Part shown: positions 10,215-21,200 of the stretch, piece by piece | Layout: every line of letters starts with the position of its first letter | How positions within the stretch are numbered: position 1 is the first letter of the stretch | Virus record (IMG/VR): IMGVR_UViG_2974672398_000001 | Location: 11,881 to 75,880 of that record | Source: a virus | Lineage: Duplodnaviria > Heunggongvirae > Uroviricota > Caudoviricetes > Schitoviridae | Reading direction: 5' to 3' (one strand) | Length of the DNA stretch: 64,000 bases | Position numbers and translations under genes: made by a program | The notes under the pieces: generated by a model | The model's input: only the letters and a program-made list of their open reading frames with translations | Told to the model about the DNA's origin: nothing | Database searches by the model: none

Positions 10215-13200
10215 ATGGCAAATATCTTTCACGGGGCCGAAGCAGTCAACCAAGTTGAACTAGCGGAAGGCCCTCTTTCACCTATAGAGCGTGTGATTGT
10301 AGAAGAGGAAGGTTATGCTGATGCTCCGTATGCAGACACTAAGGGTATTACCACAACTGGCGTAGGCCAGACAGGTGAATACTCAGGTATGTCAGCTAAG
10401 GAAGCTATCGCAGACAAGACTCAACAGACACGTAATCTGATCCCTGCATTTGACTCTCTAGACGTAGATACTCAAGCACAGTTGGTTTCAGCTATGTACC
10501 GTGGCGATTTGGGCCAAAGCCCTAAATCACGAGCACTGTTTAATCAAGGTAAATACGCTGAGGCTGCCGACGAGTTTCTAAACAACGACGAGTACCGCAC
10601 AACTCAACACCCAGCAATCCAACAACGTATGGAACGTGTAGCTAATGCTATGCGTAACGCAGGTGCCCCTATGGAAGCTGAAGCAGAGTTCAACCTAATG
10701 AACAACCCTGAGATTGCTCCAATCACTTCTCAAACCACTATACCTACTACAGGTGATAATAAGATGGTTGAGTTAGAGGCTCGTAACGTTGAGAAGATGG
10801 CACAGATGGCTGAGACTTCTCACAACAACAAACTCAAAGCTGCCGGCATGACTAATGAGCAGTTCTCTGCATTGGATCAAACCTTTGAAGAGTACATTGC
10901 TTCTGGCAATACAATGGAAGCGGGTTCACGTGCTACTTTCTACCTAGAAGCTGAACGTACTAAAGAGGAACTCACTGCAGCAATCAATGCTCCAGAAGAC
11001 AAGACTCTATTCGATGACTTGAACAGCCCTCTAGCATTCGCAGGCAACACTGCCCTATCTACCCTTAATACTCTTGGTAATATCTTTGGTGGTATAGTTT
11101 CAATGCCTTCAGAGATTCGTGCGGGTCTAAACCTAGCAAGTGTTAGCGATGAAGACATGGCTATGTACAACCAACTCCAAGGTCGTTCAGAAGCTGTATG
11201 GTCTGATGAAGAGTACAAGTGGTACCAAGACAACCAGAAAACAGTAGCGAACATTCAGAAGGCTGAGGAGCAGATTGCTGCGAGTGGTGCTATTAGTGAT
11301 GTAACTGGTGTACTTGCACCTTACGTTAACCAAGAACTTGGTGCAGACTTCGTAGAAGAAGGTAAAGGCATCTATGATGATGCTGTAGCAGGCAAGTCTT
11401 CAATTGGTGAAGTTGTTACTGGTCTAACAGATCTATTTATTAACAACCCCGGTGCACTTACTCAATCTACCGTTGAGTCTCTACCGTACATGCTTGCAGC
11501 TGCATACAACATGCCGATGACTATGGCATCTGGTTGGGCGAATAACCAACAAGAAGCTGTAACTGCATTTGAGATTGCTAACGGAACTCTACCTACTGAA
11601 TCAGACCTAGCTAAGATCACTGCGTTAACAGGTGCACAGGCACTTATGGACTTGGCAGGTGACCGTCTAGTGACTGGTGGTGCAGCAAACCTTAAGAAGA
11701 CTGCAGCAGCCGTTACAGGTAAAAAAGTAGCATCAAAAGGTGTAGCAGCCGCAACAGGTCGTGTAGCTGTATCAGCAGCCGGTGAGTTTGTAGCAGAGGG
11801 CGGTGCAGATGCATTAGGCCAACTAGCAGCAACAGCAGGTGAAGGTGATGTAGATATCGGTCAATCAGTTGGTACTGGTCTACTAGGTGCAGGTTCTGGT
11901 GCAGCAACTTCTGGTGCTATCGAGACTCCTCAAGTACTAGCATCAGCAGGTAAAGCTACTGTAAACACTTCAAAGAAAGCGGTAGATACTGTTAAAGAAG
12001 TTAAGACAGGTGTGAACTACTCAAAGGCTATTAAAGCTAATGATCCTACTGCACTGCCTGAACAAGGTGCTAAAGGTTATGACGCTAAGCAAGACGCTGA
12101 AGCACGTACCTCTATGCTTGAATCAGGTAAACTAGAAGAGTCAGTAGCTAAAGAGAACTTCAGCCAGATCATTAAAGATGCTAATACCCGTATTAAAGAG
12201 TTCCAAGCACTTAAAACTAAGTTAGATGCTGGTGACACTTCTGTACAGGCTGAAGCAGTTGCTCTACGTAAAGAGATTGCTGCTATTGCTCCTATTGTTA
12301 AACGTGCTAAAGCTTCTCGTGCGCCTAAGAATGTACAAGCACAAGCTACTAACTTGGCAACAGCAAAGACTAATAACAGCAACACTCAAGCAGCAGTTAA
12401 TACTGTTCTTGGTTCTATGTCTCAGGATCCTCAAGCTATTCCAGTTGAAACTGTAAAGCAGATCCTAAACAACAAGGACATCAAACTTACTGCATTCCAA
12501 CGTGCGCGTATGAACGCTAACTTGACTACACGTAGTGCAGAAGTAAGCCTAGATGATGTAAGCCGTGAGATCATCCAAGGTAGTGAAGCTAATATGGGTG
12601 TTCGTCAGTATGTAGCAGACGCACTGGCAGCAGCAGAGATTGAAGATACCGATACAGTTAATGCACTGATTACAGGTCTTCGCAGTTTCCGTACTAGCCA
12701 AGTTGCTAAACTGAACCGTGAAGGTAACACTGCAAACTTTACTAAGAACGTAACTAGCGAAATCCGTTACATGGATGCAGCTCTTAACGAGATGCGTATA
12801 GCAATAGGAGATTCTAATGTTTCTGATACTACTGATAATACTGTGGCTACTGATGATGTGGTGGCTAACGATGTACGAGAGGTAATTGAAAATGATAGCG
12901 ATACTACAACTGATACTACTGATGGTGATAGTGGCAGCATTCCTGTCCCTACCGAGGGAGTAGCCGAGCAACAAGCTTCGGCTCCGTCCGAAGCGCAGGT
13001 TGCGGAGGATACGACCACTACAACTCTATCCCCTTTAGCTCAAGCTCTTCCAGAGCCTATGCAGTTACCTGATGATGCTGAGATTAGTCAAAGTGACTTA
13101 CATGTAGATACTCTAATTGAAGAAGCACAAGTGCTACTTGCAGAGGGAACTACATACGATCAAACAATCGAAGCGGTACGTGAACGTTTCGGTGACGAGA

Positions 13201-16200
13201 CTGCTAACTTTGTTGCTGATGGTTTGGACAGTGAACAGGCCGTGAACCAAGGTACTCTAGGTGAGCAACTTACTCGTAGCCTTACACAAGCTCCAGAAGA
13301 GACAGCTTACTCTGTAGACCTTGATGCAGTGGACAATGTAAACACACGTCTCGAGAACGTAATTACTTCAGCTGGTTTGGCTCAATCAAGTCCTCATCTT
13401 AAAGATGCTATGGATGATGTGAAGGCAGCTATCCGTAGTGGTGCAACAGTAGCGGCTGCTGTTAAAGAGATCGTTCCTGCTTACACAGGTAAGCCGGTTA
13501 AACGAATGAATGCTTCAATCCGTAAACTACAAGCTGACATCAACCGAGTACCTACTAATGTAGATAGCGGCATGACAGCAACAGAACGTAAGTCTTGGTT
13601 ACAACAAGTGAACTGGGTAAAAGAGTTCTTTGCTCCGACTAATCCAGTTAACATCTTACAGACTAACGGTAGCATCTTTGATCAAGCTAGTTCTCAACGT
13701 CAGGTTGAAGACTACATTGGCCGTCCTCTTACAGATGGTGAACTTGAGCAATACATGGACTACCAGACTCGTCGTAAGTCTTTGCTTACAGCTCTAGACA
13801 AAGTGTTCAGTGCTGAAGGTTACACGGATAACTACGCTCTAGGTGAGACATACACTTCAAATGGTAAGACTTTGAAGAAAGCTCCTAAGTACAACGATAT
13901 GATGCAGTACCTTGCAGAAGACGGTGAACTACCTGCTGGCGTTAAAGAATCTATCGTATCTGCAGCTTACAACTGGATTGCTACAACTGCGAATGACACG
14001 CTATACAACGAAGACTCGGCAATGAACAGTATCATTGGTGAGACTAATGGTGATGCCCATGTACATCGTGATGTACGTAACATCCTGCAAGGTAAGGGTA
14101 CAACTCGTACTACAATCCTTCAGTCACTTGGTAAAGATGTACTTGGTACTATCGGCATCAACGGTACACGTAATGCTCCGGGTAACGTAGACACAGCGAT
14201 GGAGACATCACTAGGTCAATTTACTCTTGAAGTAATGAAGCAAGCAGGTGTTGTTAAGCAAGACCAACTTTCTCCAGAAGAGTTGAAAACGCTAAACCGT
14301 TTCTCTAAAGACTCTGATGGTGTTAGCCCTAACATCCGTTTTATTAAGGCGGCTGTAGGTAAAGACGGTAAGCTACACAGCAAACTGGACCAAGTAACAC
14401 AACACATGAAAGATGCTCGTGTATCTGCACGTGAGACTGGTACTCCGGCTGCATGGACACAGATGTTCGGTATTACTTCTCGTCAGGTGTTCCCTGAGTT
14501 TGAGAAGCCTACTTCAGTAGCGACTAAAGTAACTGGTACTAACCGTAATGTTCCTCGTAAGACTCAAGAAGTTTTAGCGAAGCACAATGCACGTGAGCAC
14601 TACCTTAAAGGTGATCTTACAGCTATGGCTCAAACAATGTCTGAGACAGCTCCTGAAGCGTTCATGGAATTACTTGGTGTAAGAGACCCTGAGTCAGTTC
14701 ATGTGTCACGACGTGAAGCACAGAAAGCAGACAACCGTAACATTGAACGTGTATGGGGTAACTTCGATGAGTTCTACCAACAGAACCTTGAAGTAGGCCT
14801 AGATCAACCTCACTTCTACACACACAACGTGTGGAAGAATGGTCGTTTTGGTATTGCACAGAATATGGTCAATCCTCAAGGTGACAAAAATCACCGTGCT
14901 TTCATTAAACAGAAAGGTTGGGATGTAGAACTAGATCCAAATAACGTAGAACAGATGAGTCAGTTCTGGGCAGCAATGGATGAAGAACTAGGTTTCGATA
15001 GCCGTAACTCTATGCCTAAGCATATTCAGGAAGCAGCTAATATTGCTCGTGGTTTCTTAGAAACAGATACATTTGAAGACGGTGACATTGAGACACTTTC
15101 TCAAATCATTCGTACAGAGTTGGGTGGAGCTACTAACACAGCAATGCTTAAGTTAGATGCAATCATGCACATTGCACGACATGATATCGCAGTAGACACT
15201 AACGAGACTTTCCAGTCTGAAATGTTCATGGAAATCGATGGTAAGACGAATGGTATCATCATCTCTCTTATTCAATACGGTGCAGCAGCAACTGGTATCG
15301 ATCTTCTTAAATTAGTTGGTATGGGTGGTCTATACGGAGAAGGGGAAGTCCGTAACTTTAATGACTTTAAAAAGGCAGGTAATCTTGATGCGTACAACAA
15401 ACTTGCTAAAGACTGGATTAAGAATCTAAGAGAAGCGTACACAGGGGCAGACGTAACAGCTATGTTCAAACTGTATGGTCTTATCGATGAGAAGGGTAAT
15501 GCAATTCCTAAACAGGAACGTAACCTAGCGAAGAACCCTCTAATGGTAATCTTCTATGGTTCAGGTGAGAAAGCTGTTAAGCAATCTCTAGGTTCAGCAT
15601 TTACTGAAACTGTAATGGACAAGTTGGAAGCAGCAGGCCAAGCCGGTGATCTTCAAGCGTACAACGCTCTACGTAACGACCTGAATATGATTGTTGCAGA
15701 TGCGCTACCGGAAGTGACACAGGCGAGCCAGATTCTTGAAACAGATCTAAGCAATGTAACGCTTGCTAAGTTGGAACAGCAAGTAGGTGAAGTATTCGGT
15801 ACTACTGCATACGCAGAAGTACAGAATCAATACCCAGAGTACATGACTCGTCGTGACCAAGTTCGTGACGTATATGATTCAATGTACCGTCGCCATGCTG
15901 TACTTCGTGAGAAGTTGATTGAGGCGCGTAAAGCAGAGCTTGTTGAACAAGGTCAATTGTCTAATCTTGAAGATATGGCGAAGCATGAGTATCGTGCAAT
16001 CGATGATCGTATTGCAGCAATCGGTCCTCACTTTAACTCTCACTCTACTAAAGGTGGTGATGTAACTGAGTCGATTGACCCAAGTAAGACTAAGACAGAA
16101 GTTGATACTAAGACTCGTGTACAAGCTAAGTATGGTAACAAAGCTCAGAAGGTTACTTCTGAAGGTACTCGTAAAGTTCCGGCAGCTCCGGGTGTTGGTG

Positions 16201-19200
16201 CAGGTCCAATGAGTATTCACAGTGCAGATGCTTCAATCATGCGTGAGACTTACGATAACGATATCGACTCTATCGGTGTTCACGATGCTAACTTAATCGG
16301 TATTACTGACGCTAAGAAGCTAGGCCAAGTACAGAACAAAGCTTTTGAGACTGTTACGCGTGAAACAAGCGTACTAGTAGAAGCTCTTAAAGCTTTCCGT
16401 AACTCTGACCAAACTTACGCAGCTATCATTAAGGAAGAAGGTTTAAACCGTGCTGAGTTAGATAGTGCAGTTACTCAACTGGATATCCCTATTGAAGCAG
16501 CTACCATTCGTGGTCGTGTGGTTGACTTAGTAGCTTCTGCTAAAGTAGCAGACAAAGTAAAAGACGATATGTGGAAGAATACTCGTTATGTACATCAGTA
16601 CGCAGACCACAACGGTATAGCAGCGCATGAGTCAAACACTGAAACTTGGGATCGTTTCCAATACGTTAAGTCAGGTGATGCTAAGCGATTAGTTACTCAA
16701 GTAGTAGACGAAGTCGTAACAGAGAGCATTAACAACGGAGGCTCAACACTACGTTCTAAAGCATTAGGTTTAACTCGTGGTTCAAGTCAGGGAATCAACT
16801 TCACAGAAGCAAGTGATGCTAGTAACTACGATAACTCAGTTGATGTTGACCTAACTAACGTTAGTGACGTATTTGAATCATTACCAGCAACAGGTGGTAA
16901 GATTGAAAACATTGCTCATAAAGAGACACTACGTAACATGGTATTCAACCTAACTAACAAGTTATCTGAACCATTCGGTTTCCATATGCGTGAGAAAGAA
17001 GGCGTGACTAACTACGGTGTAGCAACTCAGTCTGACATCTACTTAACTACGTTAGCGAATGGAGCACCAGAAACATCAGGTATCTTGGCTCAAGGTATTC
17101 GTATGAGTCCTGAAGAGATTATGGCCCACGAACTTAACCACGTAGTGTTCATGGAAGGTTTTAAAACTGACTCTCGTTACCGTCGTCAATTTGAGCGTAT
17201 CTTTGATGCGGTTAAAGCAGAAGCAACTCCAGATATCTTCTTAGATAATCCGGCTACTGCAACTGCGGCAGAACGTGAAGGTGCACAACGTCACTTCGAC
17301 TACATCTTTAACAACAAAGATGGTAACAACCTAGAAGAGTTCGGTGCATTCGCTACTACTAACGAGAAGCTAATTGACTTCGTTAATACAGTAAACGTTA
17401 AGCCTGAGAAGTGGTTTGATGGTGATGGCCCTTACGAGATTATGGTTAACATCCTGTCACGCATCGTAGACGGTTTTAACTCTCGTATTCTTAGCCTTAA
17501 AGACCTTAGCAACGATAAGAAGTTGTTTACTCTAATGGATGCTATGAACGGTATCTCAGGTAAGAAGCAGAATGGTATTGTCCAAGCGGCACAGTCAGCA
17601 GCAGCTCTAGGTCAGACAGTTATGCAAGCTCCATCAGCAATGATCGAGGGTGCAGCACGTAAACTGGCAAATGTTCCTGTGTTCAAAGACAGTCGTTACG
17701 CTACAGTACGTGTACTGTCTGAAGCAGTTCGTAATGGCAACACTGGCCGTGATCTTAACCAAGCTATGTTAACGCAGATCAACACAATGCGTGATATCGC
17801 TACAGAAGGTAAGTACGGTTGGTTCCAGTCTACTGGTGATGAGATGGTTGGCCGTACAATTGACACAGCAGTGTTCCGTGACATGCAACGTACGTCTAAT
17901 GTGACTCTAGATATGGCGCGTAAGCGTGCAAAAGATGCAATGACTAAGCATGTTCAGAATGCATTCAAAACTCCGGTACAAGACCACGAGTGGAACGCAA
18001 TGAACAAAGTACTGCTTAAACTGGACATCGATTCTATTAGTGACGTTGGTTTTGAGAAACTACAGCAGCTAATCACTGATGAGGCAGCATTGGATACAGA
18101 GATTGCAGGTCTAGAGCAGTTACTGAAGACTTTCAATAACTACAACTTCTACCGTCGTCATTCTGAGAACTTAGGTTACTTCATGAATACTGGTCGTAGT
18201 ATGGAAGCTGCAGCTCTACTTAACGCACATAACATCTCTAAAGGTTACGGTGACGCTAAGATGAATGTGAGTGATGCTCAAGCAGCACGAGTAGAACCAA
18301 TCATAGATAGACTAGCAACGCTTTACGGTATCAAGCATGCAGATGCTACGAACTTGAATGCGGTAGCAGACTTACTTCAACGAGACCCTGAGGGCGTTAA
18401 TGCAGTAATCGATGCTCACCATACTCTGAAGGAAGGTTCTAAAGCACAGTTCGCTTCTACTCAAGAGCAGAAGACTTTGTCTATGAAAGGTTGGACTAAA
18501 GAAGAGTACAATGCGGCTACAGGTATTGAAGTAGCTACTCTTGACCGTAAGGCAGAGTTAGAGGCACAAGGTTACATCATCCAAGATGCTCCTATTCCTC
18601 GCGATAGCAAAGACCCTGTACAAGACGATATGTATATCTTCGTGGCTCCAGATGGTGCACTTGCTCCATACATGGCACAGATTGCATCTCTAACTAGTAA
18701 CGTAGCTAAAGGTTCGGATACGGTTAAAGTTGAATCTCAGTACGGTGCAGACAATCCATACGATTCAGGTCAAGTGGATATCGGTATCATCAATAAAGGT
18801 AAACAGGCTTCTCAGGCTCAAATTCACTTGAACCCTGTTAGTCCGGGCCCTAGTGGTAACAAGATGATTCCTATCATCTCACCTAAGACTGGTAAAGTTA
18901 CAGGCTGGCGTTACATGATGACTGAAGCTAACCGTGATGAGTTACTTCAGAAGGAGAACAATGTAGCTAATGTTCTTGGCGCAATGGCCGGTAATGTTGT
19001 GGATAAGGTTAAAACTCAGGAAGTGAATAAAGAGTTGGTAGTTGCAGCTAAAGCTCAATACGATGCAGACGTAGCTAAAGGACGTGGCCGTGCGTATGTT
19101 GAGATTAGTGAAGAAGCGGAAGGTACAAACCTTGAGATTTGGCGTCGAATGCCTACTGAGATGCAGAATGAAGTGATCAAGGCGTTTGGTACTCCTCGAA

Positions 19201-20315
19201 TGATGGTACGTTCTGACCTTGTAGATCAGATGTTCGGTTATCGTAAACCAAGTGTAGTAGAGTTGTTCAATAAAGATCCTGCGGCACGTAGATATTGGGA
19301 GCATCTAGTAGTTCAGACTCTTGAGACTGTATTGCCTAAGGACACAGTACAGAAGGTTCGTAAAGCAGAGAACATCCTTCAGGCGCTAGTACAAGAGACT
19401 AAGGATATTGTTGTAGTACGTTCAGTAGTAGTACCACTGTTCAACGTATTCTCGAATACAATGTTCCTGATGCTGCAAGGTATTAACCCTGTATCTGCAA
19501 TCAAGGGCCAAGTTGAAGCGTACGTAGCAGGTAACCGTCTAGTAGCGGATATCCGTAAACACGACCAACTAGCTATTGAACTAGCTCGTAAGTCTATCAA
19601 CGCAACTACGCGTACAAGACTTCAAGGTGAAATGTCAGCTGTTAGACGACGTATTGAGATTAACCCTACTAACGCATCTTACCAAGCAGGCTTGATGCCT
19701 TCAGTAGTAGATGATGCAGCGGCAGACGTTAATGTATCTAACTCTCTTCGTGGTCAGACTCAACGTAAAGTAAGTGCAGCTATCGATAAGAAGTTTGGTC
19801 GTATGCCGGCTCTAGTTCCAGATACAATCAAAGGTGTTCTAGGTTTACCAGACAGTACTGCTTACTTAGCGATGAACAACTTTGTACGTAACTCGGACTT
19901 CATTGCCCGTCACGTTGTAGCTAATCACTGGGCAGAGCAGCAGGCTAAAGAGCAAGGTCGCGCTGTAACTCCAGAGCAGATGAATGAGCACTACGCAGAA
20001 GCTGTTGAACTGTTCGTTAACTTCGATGCACCTACTCACCGTGGTACACAGTACGCGAATGATATAGGTATCGCTTGGTTCACTAAGTATCTGTTCCGAG
20101 TTAACCGAGGTGTTGCAAGAACATTCCTGAAGAATCCAGTTAAGGTATCTCTAGCGATGCTTGGTATGGAAATGGCAGGGTTTGATTCAATGACTGATAC
20201 TCCAATCAGTTCAGCGGTTGTAGCAGGACGTAATCCACTAACTGCACTGGATGATCCTATTACCTCAGCTATCGAAGCACTAAGCCTAACAGTACCGGGA
20301 CAAGTGATCAGCTAA
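10215..20315 (+). CDS. Virion-encapsidated RNA polymerase (vRNAP, N4 gp50-like, 3366 aa) with an N-terminal lysozyme-like motif
   Basis: Giant ORF. T7-RNAP motif B is present as RNLAKNPLMVIFYGSGEKA (~nt 15527). Motif C is IGVHDANLIG (~nt 16271). A motif-A-like EIDGKTNGIIISL lies at ~nt 15230. The N-terminus carries EEGYADAPYADTKGITTTGVGQTG, which fits the T4-lysozyme/GH24 pattern. Confidence 0.9.
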   Translation: MANIFHGAEAVNQVELAEGPLSPIERVIVEEEGYADAPYADTKGITTTGVGQTGEYSGMSAKEAIADKTQQTRNLIPAFDSLDVDTQAQLVSAMYRGDLGQSPKSRALFNQGKYAEAADEFLNNDEYRTTQHPAIQQRMERVANAMRNAGAPMEAEAEFNLMNNPEIAPITSQTTIPTTGDNKMVELEARNVEKMAQMAETSHNNKLKAAGMTNEQFSALDQTFEEYIASGNTMEAGSRATFYLEAERTKEELTAAINAPEDKTLFDDLNSPLAFAGNTALSTLNTLGNIFGGIVSMPSEIRAGLNLASVSDEDMAMYNQLQGRSEAVWSDEEYKWYQDNQKTVANIQKAEEQIAASGAISDVTGVLAPYVNQELGADFVEEGKGIYDDAVAGKSSIGEVVTGLTDLFINNPGALTQSTVESLPYMLAAAYNMPMTMASGWANNQQEAVTAFEIANGTLPTESDLAKITALTGAQALMDLAGDRLVTGGAANLKKTAAAVTGKKVASKGVAAATGRVAVSAAGEFVAEGGADALGQLAATAGEGDVDIGQSVGTGLLGAGSGAATSGAIETPQVLASAGKATVNTSKKAVDTVKEVKTGVNYSKAIKANDPTALPEQGAKGYDAKQDAEARTSMLESGKLEESVAKENFSQIIKDANTRIKEFQALKTKLDAGDTSVQAEAVALRKEIAAIAPIVKRAKASRAPKNVQAQATNLATAKTNNSNTQAAVNTVLGSMSQDPQAIPVETVKQILNNKDIKLTAFQRARMNANLTTRSAEVSLDDVSREIIQGSEANMGVRQYVADALAAAEIEDTDTVNALITGLRSFRTSQVAKLNREGNTANFTKNVTSEIRYMDAALNEMRIAIGDSNVSDTTDNTVATDDVVANDVREVIENDSDTTTDTTDGDSGSIPVPTEGVAEQQASAPSEAQVAEDTTTTTLSPLAQALPEPMQLPDDAEISQSDLHVDTLIEEAQVLLAEGTTYDQTIEAVRERFGDETANFVADGLDSEQAVNQGTLGEQLTRSLTQAPEETAYSVDLDAVDNVNTRLENVITSAGLAQSSPHLKDAMDDVKAAIRSGATVAAAVKEIVPAYTGKPVKRMNASIRKLQADINRVPTNVDSGMTATERKSWLQQVNWVKEFFAPTNPVNILQTNGSIFDQASSQRQVEDYIGRPLTDGELEQYMDYQTRRKSLLTALDKVFSAEGYTDNYALGETYTSNGKTLKKAPKYNDMMQYLAEDGELPAGVKESIVSAAYNWIATTANDTLYNEDSAMNSIIGETNGDAHVHRDVRNILQGKGTTRTTILQSLGKDVLGTIGINGTRNAPGNVDTAMETSLGQFTLEVMKQAGVVKQDQLSPEELKTLNRFSKDSDGVSPNIRFIKAAVGKDGKLHSKLDQVTQHMKDARVSARETGTPAAWTQMFGITSRQVFPEFEKPTSVATKVTGTNRNVPRKTQEVLAKHNAREHYLKGDLTAMAQTMSETAPEAFMELLGVRDPESVHVSRREAQKADNRNIERVWGNFDEFYQQNLEVGLDQPHFYTHNVWKNGRFGIAQNMVNPQGDKNHRAFIKQKGWDVELDPNNVEQMSQFWAAMDEELGFDSRNSMPKHIQEAANIARGFLETDTFEDGDIETLSQIIRTELGGATNTAMLKLDAIMHIARHDIAVDTNETFQSEMFMEIDGKTNGIIISLIQYGAAATGIDLLKLVGMGGLYGEGEVRNFNDFKKAGNLDAYNKLAKDWIKNLREAYTGADVTAMFKLYGLIDEKGNAIPKQERNLAKNPLMVIFYGSGEKAVKQSLGSAFTETVMDKLEAAGQAGDLQAYNALRNDLNMIVADALPEVTQASQILETDLSNVTLAKLEQQVGEVFGTTAYAEVQNQYPEYMTRRDQVRDVYDSMYRRHAVLREKLIEARKAELVEQGQLSNLEDMAKHEYRAIDDRIAAIGPHFNSHSTKGGDVTESIDPSKTKTEVDTKTRVQAKYGNKAQKVTSEGTRKVPAAPGVGAGPMSIHSADASIMRETYDNDIDSIGVHDANLIGITDAKKLGQVQNKAFETVTRETSVLVEALKAFRNSDQTYAAIIKEEGLNRAELDSAVTQLDIPIEAATIRGRVVDLVASAKVADKVKDDMWKNTRYVHQYADHNGIAAHESNTETWDRFQYVKSGDAKRLVTQVVDEVVTESINNGGSTLRSKALGLTRGSSQGINFTEASDASNYDNSVDVDLTNVSDVFESLPATGGKIENIAHKETLRNMVFNLTNKLSEPFGFHMREKEGVTNYGVATQSDIYLTTLANGAPETSGILAQGIRMSPEEIMAHELNHVVFMEGFKTDSRYRRQFERIFDAVKAEATPDIFLDNPATATAAEREGAQRHFDYIFNNKDGNNLEEFGAFATTNEKLIDFVNTVNVKPEKWFDGDGPYEIMVNILSRIVDGFNSRILSLKDLSNDKKLFTLMDAMNGISGKKQNGIVQAAQSAAALGQTVMQAPSAMIEGAARKLANVPVFKDSRYATVRVLSEAVRNGNTGRDLNQAMLTQINTMRDIATEGKYGWFQSTGDEMVGRTIDTAVFRDMQRTSNVTLDMARKRAKDAMTKHVQNAFKTPVQDHEWNAMNKVLLKLDIDSISDVGFEKLQQLITDEAALDTEIAGLEQLLKTFNNYNFYRRHSENLGYFMNTGRSMEAAALLNAHNISKGYGDAKMNVSDAQAARVEPIIDRLATLYGIKHADATNLNAVADLLQRDPEGVNAVIDAHHTLKEGSKAQFASTQEQKTLSMKGWTKEEYNAATGIEVATLDRKAELEAQGYIIQDAPIPRDSKDPVQDDMYIFVAPDGALAPYMAQIASLTSNVAKGSDTVKVESQYGADNPYDSGQVDIGIINKGKQASQAQIHLNPVSPGPSGNKMIPIISPKTGKVTGWRYMMTEANRDELLQKENNVANVLGAMAGNVVDKVKTQEVNKELVVAAKAQYDADVAKGRGRAYVEISEEAEGTNLEIWRRMPTEMQNEVIKAFGTPRMMVRSDLVDQMFGYRKPSVVELFNKDPAARRYWEHLVVQTLETVLPKDTVQKVRKAENILQALVQETKDIVVVRSVVVPLFNVFSNTMFLMLQGINPVSAIKGQVEAYVAGNRLVADIRKHDQLAIELARKSINATTRTRLQGEMSAVRRRIEINPTNASYQAGLMPSVVDDAAADVNVSNSLRGQTQRKVSAAIDKKFGRMPALVPDTIKGVLGLPDSTAYLAMNNFVRNSDFIARHVVANHWAEQQAKEQGRAVTPEQMNEHYAEAVELFVNFDAPTHRGTQYANDIGIAWFTKYLFRVNRGVARTFLKNPVKVSLAMLGMEMAGFDSMTDTPISSAVVAGRNPLTALDDPITSAIEALSLTVPGQVIS

Positions 20316-20323
20316 ACTCCACA

Positions 20324-20359
20324 TAAAAAAGCCCCTCACTAGGAGGGGCTATTTCTTTT
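20324..20359. terminator. Bidirectional rho-independent terminator between the convergent modules
   Basis: AAAAAA-GCCCCTC-ACTAG-GAGGGGC-TATTTCTTTT: a GC stem flanked by an A-run and a T-run. Confidence 0.8.
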
Positions 20360-20440
20360 AGTACTTTTTAGTCCATGGCAGTATCTGATTCACGCCATAG
20401 CATATGAGGCATATCCCGACTACTGTCCAGAACATGAGGG

Positions 20441-20806
20441 TTAACCAAATAATGATGTTTTTGCGGTCACTTCCGCTTCAGTTTCGAAAGGAGCTTCATC
20501 TTCGTCAGTTACAGTTCCACTGATTTGCTCTTCTTCTTCGCTGACAGGTACGTCATTAGAGTCTTCTCCCGAAGCTTCAGATACATATCCACCTGTGTCT
20601 GGTGCCGCAACAGCCGCTTTTTCTCCGATCTCTCCAAAGTGTGCCTCCACACTAACAGCAATGCTGTCTTTACCTGAACGTTTAGCAGCAAACTCAATTG
20701 AGTCTACAATGATAGTTGGATCTTGCTTAGCAATTAGTTCAATAAGTGCCTGTTCAACATCCGCTTGCGTAACCTTGATTTTAAGGCTCTTGATGATCTC
20801 TAACAT
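20441..20806 (-). CDS. Acidic protein (121 aa) ending in the SLFG tail
   Basis: ORF with a highly acidic C-terminal half. Its C-terminus ...KTSLFG matches the SSB-like neighbour's tail. Confidence 0.45.
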   Translation of the reverse strand: MLEIIKSLKIKVTQADVEQALIELIAKQDPTIIVDSIEFAAKRSGKDSIAVSVEAHFGEIGEKAAVAAPDTGGYVSEASGEDSNDVPVSEEEEQISGTVTDEDEAPFETEAEVTAKTSLFG

Positions 20807-21200
20807 GTGTTTCCTTAATATGTATTTCTACTCTTGGATTGTCCTTATCAAACCCTCCAAAAGACTGGTGTGCATTTGTAATATACCGCCAATCATCACC
20901 GTCTATGTGACCCAGCTCAACAAGGGCATCTTCAAAGAACTTCTGATGAATGGAGGTATGGTTACCCAAGTCACCTTTACGCTTATCTTTGGAAAACCAA
21001 ACATAAGTGATCTCAGGTTTAATGTACTTAGGTAACTTATCGATCTGAGGTTTCATTAGCACTTTGTAGTACTTCTTAACCTCATTCAACTCTCTGTGGT
21101 GTCCGTTACGGTACCAAGAAAGACTAATAGGGACTCGTTTATCCTCCGCAGTCTTTCGAGGTAGGTATACCGCCACAGGAGCTGTGACGATATCTGCCAT
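20781..21200 (-). CDS. rusA: RusA-like Holliday junction resolvase
   Basis: KRKGDLGNHTSIHQKFFEDALVELGHIDGDDWRY resembles the RusA catalytic core (RRRDLDNLQKAAFDAL...DD). The size (139 aa) is typical. Confidence 0.65.
   Translation of the reverse strand: MADIVTAPVAVYLPRKTAEDKRVPISLSWYRNGHHRELNEVKKYYKVLMKPQIDKLPKYIKPEITYVWFSKDKRKGDLGNHTSIHQKFFEDALVELGHIDGDDWRYITNAHQSFGGFDKDNPRVEIHIKETHVRDHQEP

Noticed and set aside
372-19600. Numerous 60-140-aa antisense ORFs inside the portal, capsid and vRNAP genes (e.g. 372..572-, 1100..1339-, 12549..12974-, 15879..16220-, 18942..19304-)
   Set aside because: Each lies fully within a long, well-supported opposite-strand gene. They lack RBSs and have skewed, low-complexity composition. 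They are read-through artefacts of the six-frame translation.
20352-20440. 25-aa hydrophobic micro-ORF (MFWTVVGICLICYGVNQILPWTKKY) on the - strand in the convergent-terminator region
   Set aside because: No SD. Lies downstream of the bidirectional terminator. Probably fortuitous.
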